Below are positions 1 to 7,141 of a DNA stretch of 17,512 nt, in pieces. A model generated the notes under the pieces. It saw only the letters and a list, made by a program, of their open reading frames with translations. It did not search any database and had not been told where the DNA came from. A program made the position numbers and the translations under genes. Each line of letters opens with the position of its first letter. Within the stretch, counting starts at the first letter, position 1. The DNA is taken from contig JBHHTW010000039.1 in assembly GCA_046861385.1 (NCBI GenBank), forward strand, positions 1 to 17,512, in the 5' to 3' direction. Source of the DNA: Fidelibacterota bacterium (GTDB lineage Bacteria > Fidelibacterota > Marinisomatia > Marinisomatales > TCS55).

Positions 1-187
1 GAAATATCAAACCAAAAACGTAGAGACTGAATTTATCATAACGTAAAGTGTGCATTACGGTTCCTGCAAACCTGATTCAGCCATTACTTTTCTCATTCCG
101 TAAGGCTGTCCTCGAAGTTTGTGCTCCACATTCATTATATTCATCCCCATGATACCAGGAACAATTGAAAAACATCCGTAATAACAA

Positions 188-2023
188 ATGAATACACCTG
201 CATTTTCCATTGCATTCGCTTTGGCGTTCGGTATGATTGCCCAGTCAGTAGCCCGTCATATAAAAATTCCCGGGATTGTTTTATTATTGGTAGTGGGTGT
301 GCTAATGGGACCTGATGGATTAAATATCATTCGTCCAAATACTTTAGGCGATGCGCTACCTATTCTGGTTGGGTTTGCCGTGGCTGTGATTCTCTTTGAA
401 GGAGGGATGAGTCTTCGAATTGGTCGCATAAAAAGAGAGGGACAAACCATACGGCAATTAATAACTGTCGGTGCCTTGATCACAGCGATTGGAGGAACAC
501 TTTCAGCGATAGTATTTCTGGGTTGGGATTGGCAAACGGCTATTTTGTTTGGAATATTAATTATTGTTACAGGTCCAACAGTTATTAATCCTTTACTTAG
601 GAGAATTAGGCTAACGCCATCAGTATCGACAGTTTTAGAAGCTGAGGGTATTTTACTGGATGCCATCGGAGCTATTGTTTCTGTCGTGGCATTGGAAGTA
701 GTTCTGAGTCCATCCGGATTTACATTTCTCGCGAGCCCATTTATCATTTTAGGGAGAATTTTTATGGGAGGATTCATCGGCGTGGTTGGCGGATTCTTCA
801 TGGCTTGGTTATTAGGGATTCGTAATCTGGTACCGGAAGGATTAGAAAATGTGTTTACTCTTTCTCTTGTGTTTGCTCTATATCAATTTTCAAATGTTGT
901 CAGTCACGAAAGCGGTATTGTAGCGGTGACAACTGCTGGATTTGTCGTTGGGAATCGAAAATCATTTGTTCGAAGAGAATTAATGGAATTCAAAGAACAA
1001 TTAACTGTAATGATGATTGGTATGTTATTCATACTCCTTGCAGCAGATGTGAAGTTGTCAGACGTAAAACTACTGGGTATGGGAGGAATGTATACTGTTA
1101 TTGCACTCATGTTTGTTGTGAGACCTTTGAATATTTTTCTGGGGACAATAAACTCCGATCTATCCTTTAAACAAAAAGTTCTTCTATCTTGGATTGCTCC
1201 CAGGGGAATAGTCGCCGCTGCTATAGCGTCCTACTTTACAATCGAACTCGAGCAAAACGGAATAGATGGGTCTCAAATAAGGGCAATGGTATTTTTGCTC
1301 ATCACCGTCACCGTGTTATCTGCAGGACTCACCGGAAGTTTAATGGCGAGGTTATTGGGATTAAAACGCAGGAGTAACTCCGGCTGGGTGATACTTGGAG
1401 CGAATGCCATCAGCAGAGAAATGGCCAGATGGTTGAAAACTGAAAATGATGAATGTATATTGATTGACGAAATTCCCGGGTTGTGCAGATTAGCTGAAAA
1501 AGAAGGCTTAAAAGTTATATATGGAAATGGTCTTGAAGAATCAGTATTACTCCGTTCTGAAATTGATTTGCGCGAAGGTGCGATGGGTTTAACAGAAAAT
1601 GAGGAAGTGAATATGCTCTTCGCCAAACGCGCAAGGGAGGAGGGGAAAATATCCAATTTATTTATTGGTATAAAAACAGATGAAGAAGGAATTACTACAG
1701 AAATGGTAGAAGAAATGGGTGGTATGATTCCGTTTGCGCGTGCACGAGATTTAGAAAAATGGTCTGTGTGGATTCGTAGGAAGCAAGTTGAAACGATCCA
1801 TTTGATTTGCAATTCTAATACAGAAGTGCTTGCAGAAGAAGCCTTCAACAAAACTACTGAGGGAATTATCATTCCATTCATATACAATCGGAATGGAAAA
1901 CCTCATCCTTTGGGACATTTATCGAAGATAAAAAAGAAAGATCAAATATCCTGTTTAGTCCATACACGAAAATTAGAACAATTTGAAAAATGGCTGGACT
2001 TGAGTATTTTCACAAAAGAATGA
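188..2023 (+). CDS. Cation:proton antiporter, CPA1/NhaP-type, with C-terminal RCK/TrkA-N-like cytoplasmic domain
   Basis: 611 aa. About 390 N-terminal residues form roughly 12-13 hydrophobic helices with CPA1 motifs (IPGIVLLLVVGVLMGP, VAVILFEGG, TGPTVINP, LEAEGILLDAIG, WIAPRGIVAAA). A Rossmann-like tail follows (WVILGAN...ILIDE...VIYGNG...LTENEEVN). Confidence 0.9.
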   Translation: MNTPAFSIAFALAFGMIAQSVARHIKIPGIVLLLVVGVLMGPDGLNIIRPNTLGDALPILVGFAVAVILFEGGMSLRIGRIKREGQTIRQLITVGALITAIGGTLSAIVFLGWDWQTAILFGILIIVTGPTVINPLLRRIRLTPSVSTVLEAEGILLDAIGAIVSVVALEVVLSPSGFTFLASPFIILGRIFMGGFIGVVGGFFMAWLLGIRNLVPEGLENVFTLSLVFALYQFSNVVSHESGIVAVTTAGFVVGNRKSFVRRELMEFKEQLTVMMIGMLFILLAADVKLSDVKLLGMGGMYTVIALMFVVRPLNIFLGTINSDLSFKQKVLLSWIAPRGIVAAAIASYFTIELEQNGIDGSQIRAMVFLLITVTVLSAGLTGSLMARLLGLKRRSNSGWVILGANAISREMARWLKTENDECILIDEIPGLCRLAEKEGLKVIYGNGLEESVLLRSEIDLREGAMGLTENEEVNMLFAKRAREEGKISNLFIGIKTDEEGITTEMVEEMGGMIPFARARDLEKWSVWIRRKQVETIHLICNSNTEVLAEEAFNKTTEGIIIPFIYNRNGKPHPLGHLSKIKKKDQISCLVHTRKLEQFEKWLDLSIFTKE

Positions 2024-2091
2024 CAACGTTCTTATTCATTTTTTTGTCTTTGTCATTATAAAATCGAATCTGAATAAATTTCTAAAACCAG

Positions 2092-2169
2092 AACAGGGCA
2101 CGGTTAAAGAAACGATTCTATTAAGATAGAATGTTTCTGAGTGAATTCCGACATCGTCCGTGTCCTGTT
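2092..2169 (+). other. Candidate structured RNA element (outer 12-bp stem enclosing a 13-bp hairpin) upstream of the small ORF/pspC pair
   Basis: AACAGGGCACGG (2092-2103) pairs with CCGTGTCCTGTT (2158-2169), including one G-U. Inside, AGAAAC-G-ATTCTAT (2108-2121) pairs with ATAGAAT-GTTTCT (2126-2138) around a TAAG loop. Confidence 0.45.
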
Positions 2170-2197
2170 TAATAATTCGTATTTGAGGAGATAAACT

Positions 2198-2365
2198 ATG
2201 GTTAAATACATTTATCATAAAGAAGCATGGATCAGAAACGGCATTACATTTGGTTCCGCCTTAGGGATTGCCATTTCGTTTTCAATAAACAAATCAGTAT
2301 TTTGGGCAATATTGCATGGACTCCTATCTTGGATTTATGTATTTTATTACATATTGGTATACTGA
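2198..2365 (+). CDS. Small hydrophobic membrane protein, 55 aa (not in the supplied ORF track)
   Basis: GAGGAG RBS at 2185-2190, 7 nt before the ATG at 2198. Translation is MVKYIYHKEAWIRNGITFGSALGIAISFSINKSVFWAILHGLLSWIYVFYYILVY, with two hydrophobic segments. Its TGA overlaps the next ATG (TGATG, 2363-2367). Confidence 0.8.
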   Translation: MVKYIYHKEAWIRNGITFGSALGIAISFSINKSVFWAILHGLLSWIYVFYYILVY

Positions 2366-2559
2366 TGACTGAAGTCAAAAAACTATACCGAAATGTAAAA
2401 TCAGGCAAAATTGCCGGTGTTTGCGCCGGAATTGCCGATTATTTTAATATTGATATTGTTCTAGTCCGGCTCTTTTTTATTTTAATGATTTTCTGTGGAG
2501 GAAGTGTTATTGCGTATATAATTGCATGGTTTATTGTTCCACCGAATTATAAAATATAA
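2365..2559 (+). CDS. pspC: PspC domain-containing protein (phage shock protein C-like), 64 aa
   Basis: MTEVKKLYRNVKSGKIAGVCAGIADYFNIDIVLVRLFF...AYIIAWFIVP is the canonical PspC signature. The start is moved from 2227 to 2365 because the domain begins there and that ATG is coupled to the upstream stop. Confidence 0.88.
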   Translation: MTEVKKLYRNVKSGKIAGVCAGIADYFNIDIVLVRLFFILMIFCGGSVIAYIIAWFIVPPNYKI

Positions 2560-2608
2560 AATTTGAACCATTATTATATAAATTCCCGGCAATTATTTTT
2601 TCAATTCG

Positions 2609-4660
2609 ATGCGAATAAGCCAATTTTACATAATACTCTTACTTTTTTTTTCAACCTGTCAAAAGCCACTCAAGGACGCTGAAATACTCTGGGATGAGTA
2701 CGGTATTCCCCACATTTATGCTCAAAATGAGAATGATCTTTTTTACGCATATGGCTGGGCGCAGATGCATGCACATGGTGACCTGCTGCTTAAATTATAT
2801 GGGCAAGCTCGAGGACGAGCCGCTGAATACTGGGGAGAAAACTACCTGAGTAGCGATAAATGGATGTGGACTAATGGCGTTCCGAAAAGATCTGAACGCT
2901 GGTCAAAAGAGCAAGTAGAGCCCTATAAATCCATGTTGGAAAACTACGTTTCAGGGATAAATGATTATGTAGATCAAAACACTCAATATATTGAAGAAAA
3001 ATATAAAGTCGTTTTGCCAATCACTTTATCAGATGTGATGGCTCATGCGCAGCGAGTATTGCATTTTTCTTTCATGTTCAGTCAAGAAGATTTGAATACC
3101 AGTACATCTGATTGGAACGAAACAACCGGATCCAATACTTGGGCGATTTCACCTATACGTTCCTCATCCGGAAACGCCATGTTATTGGCAAATCCTCATT
3201 TATATTGGGGAGATTTGTACACTTGGTTCGAAATTCATTTGAACTTACCAGACGCAAATATTTACGGCGCCAGTCTTGTTGGATCACCAGCATTGGGAAT
3301 TATCTTTAATGAACACCTTGGCTATTCACATACGGTCAATACTCACGACGGAGCTGATCTATATGAATTAAACCTCAAAAATGGCGGATATGAATTTGAC
3401 GGTGAAATCAGAGAATTTCAGGTAGACTCTATCCAATTGAAAATAAAAAGTGACGACTCATTACGAACCGAGTTATTTATTGTAAAAAATTCGATTCATG
3501 GTCCCGTTGTGAAGGAGGAAAATGGAAAAGCAATCGCTTTAAGGATAGTCGGATTGGATGCAAGCCAAGTTTTTAAAGAGCGATGGGACATGGCAAACTC
3601 GTATAATCTGGTTGAGTTCGAAGCGAGCTTGAAAAATTTACAAACTCCCATGTTTACAGTGATGTATGCTGATATTGAAGGGAATATAATGCATCTATTT
3701 GGAGGACAAACGCCAGAACGTCCTCCGGGTAATTACGATTGGTCTGGAATTGTTCCGGGGAATACATCTGAAACATTGTGGTATGATGTTCATCCTTATG
3801 AAGATTTACCTCGCATAATAAACCCGGAGAGTGGATGGCTTCAAAATGCGAATGATCCTCCCTGGACAACCACATTTCCTGAAGAGATTGATCCGAATAA
3901 CTATCCAGAATATATGGCGCCGAGGAGAATGGGTTTCAGGGCCCAACGATCCGCAAGAATGTTAAATGAGGATGACAGCATTAGTTTTAAGGAATTGGTA
4001 GATTATAAATTTTCAACACGAATGGAATTGGCGGATCGAATATTAGATGATCTATTGGATGCGGCTTCTCTTGCGAAGGATAAAGAAATAAAGGAAGCAG
4101 TCCGGGTTTTAAAACGTTGGGATAGAACTGCAGATAATTCCAGTCGCGGGTCTGTGTTATTCAAGCAGTGGGTGGATGATATGAATTTTCCGGATGATTT
4201 TGCCATTCAGTGGAATGAACGAAGTCCAACTCAATTACCTGATGGCTTAAAGGACAGAACCATGGCAGTTCATCGCCTTTATGGGGCTGCGAAAGAAGTG
4301 AAAAGCAAATATGGTCGATTGGATGTTTTTTGGGGAGAGGTATTCAGATTGCAGCGTGATAGTCTTGATCTACCTGCGAATGGAGCTCCCGGTGATCCAT
4401 ATGGTGTATTTCGTACATCCTATTTCAAACCCACTAATGATAATAAGCAAAAGATAATTGCAGGTGATTCATACATCGCAGCGATCGAATTTAGCGACAC
4501 GATCAAAGCCCTAGGATTGATAGGATATGGGAATTTTAGTCAAAAAGGTTCAGTCCACAGAACAGATCAATTAAAACTGTATTCAGAGAAAAAATTGCGT
4601 CCCATCCATTTTTACAGAAAAGATGTTGAAGAAAATATTGTCGAACGAACAGCGTTTTGA
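2609..4660 (+). CDS. Penicillin acylase family Ntn-hydrolase (peptidase S45; glutaryl-7-ACA/AHL acylase-like), probable lipoprotein
   Basis: 683 aa. Alpha-subunit motif WDEYGIPHIYA. Beta-subunit start G|SNTWAI, with the nucleophile Ser175 at codon 3131-3133, then LLANPHL, HTVN, HGPV, YAD.EGNI and GWLQNANDPP. The N-terminus MRISQFYIILLLFFSTC looks like a lipoprotein signal. Confidence 0.9.
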   Translation: MRISQFYIILLLFFSTCQKPLKDAEILWDEYGIPHIYAQNENDLFYAYGWAQMHAHGDLLLKLYGQARGRAAEYWGENYLSSDKWMWTNGVPKRSERWSKEQVEPYKSMLENYVSGINDYVDQNTQYIEEKYKVVLPITLSDVMAHAQRVLHFSFMFSQEDLNTSTSDWNETTGSNTWAISPIRSSSGNAMLLANPHLYWGDLYTWFEIHLNLPDANIYGASLVGSPALGIIFNEHLGYSHTVNTHDGADLYELNLKNGGYEFDGEIREFQVDSIQLKIKSDDSLRTELFIVKNSIHGPVVKEENGKAIALRIVGLDASQVFKERWDMANSYNLVEFEASLKNLQTPMFTVMYADIEGNIMHLFGGQTPERPPGNYDWSGIVPGNTSETLWYDVHPYEDLPRIINPESGWLQNANDPPWTTTFPEEIDPNNYPEYMAPRRMGFRAQRSARMLNEDDSISFKELVDYKFSTRMELADRILDDLLDAASLAKDKEIKEAVRVLKRWDRTADNSSRGSVLFKQWVDDMNFPDDFAIQWNERSPTQLPDGLKDRTMAVHRLYGAAKEVKSKYGRLDVFWGEVFRLQRDSLDLPANGAPGDPYGVFRTSYFKPTNDNKQKIIAGDSYIAAIEFSDTIKALGLIGYGNFSQKGSVHRTDQLKLYSEKKLRPIHFYRKDVEENIVERTAF

Positions 4661-4675
4661 GAAAGTCGTATTATA

Positions 4676-4750
4676 CCGGCTTAAATGGAGGGGGGAGACA
4701 GACCAAGTAGATTACTAAATTAAAACCAAGGAGGTGGGCCTGTCTCCCGG
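4676..4750 (-). ncRNA. Candidate small RNA with an anti-Shine-Dalgarno loop
   Basis: Inverted repeat 4693-4704 / 4737-4748 pairs fully only on the minus strand (G-U there, A-C mismatch on +). The loop carries CACCUCCUUGGUU, and a second CCUCC lies 3' of the stem. Promoter-like elements are directly upstream. The boundaries are approximate. Confidence 0.5.
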
Positions 4751-4755
4751 TCAAA

Positions 4756-4761
4756 AGTATA
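4756..4761 (-). promoter_or_regulatory. Putative -10 box (TATACT) of the candidate sRNA
   Basis: The + strand reads AGTATA, which is TATACT on the minus strand, 7 nt before the first base of the stem (4748). Confidence 0.4.
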
Positions 4762-4783
4762 CATTATTCTTAATATGGGATGC

Positions 4784-4799
4784 TGTGATGTACCCCACA
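4784..4799. promoter_or_regulatory. CRP/FNR-family-like binding site
   Basis: TGTGA-tgtacc-CCACA matches 9 of 10 positions of TGTGA-N6-TCACA. Its centre lies about 42 nt upstream of the inferred minus-strand start near 4749-4750. Confidence 0.45.
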
Positions 4800-4996
4800 C
4801 AAAATGCTTTCATTTTAATAATTTAACTAAAACCGTTCTCTATTCACATTAAGAAGATATTGCATAATTTTTTTTTTGTGATTTACACATGTGTTTTTTC
4901 GAACCTTCAAGGTTGTTGAATGGAAACCCTTTGTTTGATTTTTAGGTCTTCTTATTTGTAGTTTCTTTTATGAAGGAAAGAAGCTAGTGTTGTGTC

Positions 4997-5006
4997 AACC
5001 AAGGAG
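4997..5006 (+). promoter_or_regulatory. Ribosome-binding site of the first TIGR02206 paralog
   Basis: AACCAAGGAG ends 12 nt before the TTG start at 5019. The spacing is somewhat long. Confidence 0.5.
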
Positions 5007-5018
5007 TAATATTAAAAA

Positions 5019-5738
5019 TTGACGAACCCACACGAAATTCTCGAACCCTTAAGCCCGATTTGGTGGCAGACCATTATTTGGTCAACGGTCATTATTGGAG
5101 GATTGCTTTATATTGCAAAAAAAATGAATACGAATCAAATTGCTTATTTTGCAATTGTGATTGGTGTGATACTCATTGCCCGTTCTATTCTAATCCATCC
5201 ATACGTAGCACAACTTAAAGGATGGGATATTTACAACAATTTGCCCTTGCATATGTGCGGACTTTCTGCAATCATTTCCGGTATTATAATGTTTTATAGA
5301 AGACAATGGTTATATGAAGTTCTGTATTACTGGGGAATCCCGGGAGCATTTCATTCTTTTCTGACTCCTGAATTTACACAGGGCACAGAAGGATTATTAT
5401 TTATTGAGTATTATTTAGCTCATGGTGGAATCATTTTCAGTGCACTGTTCTTCACTTTGGTACTTGGATATAAACCTTCGAAAGGATCCTGGTGGAGGAT
5501 TTTTCTCTGGACCCAATTACTTTTACCTATTATTGGTGGATTTGACTGGCTAATCAGTGCAAATTATATGTATCTCTGCGCACCTCCGATCGTTGATAAT
5601 CCTTTTATTTTCGGCGAATTCCCGGTACACTTGATTGGATTAGAATTTGCCGGATTACTCCATTTTGCACTAGTATATTTACCTTTCGGAATAAAATATC
5701 ATTATGCATCAAAAACTTCAGGGCCTGCAACTATTTGA
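5019..5738 (+). CDS. YwaF/TIGR02206 (TMEM164-like) integral membrane protein, paralog 1
   Basis: 239 aa, multi-TM. Motifs LPLHMCG, YYWG..G, FLTP, YYLAHG, ANYMYL, FGEFP. TTG start. Confidence 0.85.
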   Translation: MTNPHEILEPLSPIWWQTIIWSTVIIGGLLYIAKKMNTNQIAYFAIVIGVILIARSILIHPYVAQLKGWDIYNNLPLHMCGLSAIISGIIMFYRRQWLYEVLYYWGIPGAFHSFLTPEFTQGTEGLLFIEYYLAHGGIIFSALFFTLVLGYKPSKGSWWRIFLWTQLLLPIIGGFDWLISANYMYLCAPPIVDNPFIFGEFPVHLIGLEFAGLLHFALVYLPFGIKYHYASKTSGPATI

Positions 5739-6414
5739 CACGCTACATGTAAGTTATTTACTTGCATGGTTGGCTCTATGGATTCTGGTACCATTATTGG
5801 GGAAAAAATATCTTAATAAAGGTCAACAGAATATCGTAGTATGGATTATGATTATTTTTATGGTTGGGCAGGAAATTGTTGACTATTGGAACAGAACACA
5901 ATTTCGCCCCTTATCACTGGATCTTGATTTACCCCTCCACCTATGCCATTTATCACTCATATTTTCGGTTATTTTGCTTTATAGACCCAATCGTTATTTA
6001 TTTGAAATTACATATTTTTGGGGATTAGGTGGAGCAATTCAAACCATGTTGACCCCGGACACAACGGGGTTTGATAATTATTTATCATATTTTCTCATGC
6101 ATGCGCATCATGGTATGATCATATTAACGTGCCTGTGGCTGGCAGTCATTCTGGGGTATCGCTGTCGTCCGGGATCCATAAAACGAACTTTTATCTTAAC
6201 CAATATTGTCATTGTACCTGTGTGGCTTATTGACTGGTTGACTGGAGGGAATTATATGTATCTTATGGAACGGCCGCCCACCGAAAGCCCATTAGTATTT
6301 GGTGAATGGCCGTGGTATATCCTCAATATGGAAATAGTAGGATTCATTATTTTTTCCATATTGTATTTACCCATGATTTATTTGCGTAGGAAAGAGAAAT
6401 TGCAGACCTCGTGA
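5704..6414 (+). CDS. YwaF/TIGR02206 (TMEM164-like) integral membrane protein, paralog 2
   Basis: 236 aa. Motifs LFDTLH, LPLHLCH, YFWG.GG, MLTPD, HAHHG, GNYMYL, FGEWPWY. Overlaps paralog 1 by 35 nt. Confidence 0.87.
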   Translation: MHQKLQGLQLFDTLHVSYLLAWLALWILVPLLGKKYLNKGQQNIVVWIMIIFMVGQEIVDYWNRTQFRPLSLDLDLPLHLCHLSLIFSVILLYRPNRYLFEITYFWGLGGAIQTMLTPDTTGFDNYLSYFLMHAHHGMIILTCLWLAVILGYRCRPGSIKRTFILTNIVIVPVWLIDWLTGGNYMYLMERPPTESPLVFGEWPWYILNMEIVGFIIFSILYLPMIYLRRKEKLQTS

Positions 6415-7130
6415 CAGATTATATTCCACCTGAAGTGTATGGTTCACTGCATTTAAAATATATTCTGATGGGAATTGCTATGTGGACCATCATACCTATT
6501 ATTGGTAAAAAATTCCTAACCAAAACTCAACATCGAATCGCAGCGTATGTATTAATCATATTCACCATTGGTCAAGAAATAATAAATGATTCTTCGTTAA
6601 TGTTCCAAGGATTGTGGCAACTATCTGCTGATCTGCCACTGCACATGTGTGGATTTTCACTCTTCCTAACATCATGGGCATTGTACAATAAAAATCAAAC
6701 TGTATTTGAGCTGTCTTACTTCTGGGGTATGGCTGCATCAACACAAGCTATTTTTACGCCTGACTTAAGTGGCATTTGGAACCCAATAGGTATTTTTGTA
6801 TTTTTCTTTTCCCACTCAATGATTGTTTTGAATGTTATATGGTTATTGGTGGTGGGAGGAATGCGTTTACGGAAAAGTGCATTAATTAATACTCTCATTT
6901 TGACGAATGGGTTTGCATTTCTTATGACTATATTCAATTTTTTTGTTGAAGGAAATTATTGGTTTCTTTGTACCAAACCTGTAACAAACAGCCCATTTCT
7001 TATTGGTGAATGGCCTTTTTATATTGTGGGAATACAATTTGCTGGAATTATTTTAATGGGATTGATTTACTTGCCTTGGCTACCATATTTCCATCGAATG
7101 ACATTGCAGTCTGATTCCATCACAGCCTAA
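6411..7130 (+). CDS. YwaF/TIGR02206 (TMEM164-like) integral membrane protein, paralog 3
   Basis: 239 aa. Motifs LPLHMCG, YFWG, IFTPD, FFFSH, GNYWFL, IGEWPFY. The GTG start overlaps the previous stop (GTGA). Confidence 0.87.
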   Translation: MTDYIPPEVYGSLHLKYILMGIAMWTIIPIIGKKFLTKTQHRIAAYVLIIFTIGQEIINDSSLMFQGLWQLSADLPLHMCGFSLFLTSWALYNKNQTVFELSYFWGMAASTQAIFTPDLSGIWNPIGIFVFFFSHSMIVLNVIWLLVVGGMRLRKSALINTLILTNGFAFLMTIFNFFVEGNYWFLCTKPVTNSPFLIGEWPFYIVGIQFAGIILMGLIYLPWLPYFHRMTLQSDSITA

Positions 7131-7141
7131 ATTCAGTATAC

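Noticed and set aside
1-187. Possible end of an upstream gene (stops at 28-30 or 44-46) and minus-strand ORFs of about 31-32 codons
   Set aside because: Too short, with no recognisable motif; the frame cannot be determined from this window.
2092-2169. FMN, cobalamin or c-di-GMP riboswitch, or hammerhead ribozyme (fragments CAGGGCA, GTGAATTCCG, GAAA, CTGAGTGA)
   Set aside because: Only short fragments match. The required stems, order and conserved cores are missing, so it is kept as an unassigned structure.
256-2218. Alternative-frame and antisense ORFs (256-801, 904-1110, 1189-1377, 1273-1887, 2036-2218)
   Set aside because: These are shadows of the antiporter or overlap the structured leader, with no family motifs.
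2227-2364. 46-aa N-terminal extension of PspC in the supplied 110-aa ORF
   Set aside because: It overlaps the better-supported 55-aa ORF with a strong RBS, and the PspC domain starts at ATG 2365.
4693-4748. Simple intrinsic terminator for the acylase gene
   Set aside because: The loop is 32 nt, the + strand stem has an A-C mismatch, and no U-tract follows.
4734-4826. 30-aa + strand ORF from the GTG next to AAGGAG
   Set aside because: The start codon abuts the SD with no spacer, and the peptide has no recognisable features.
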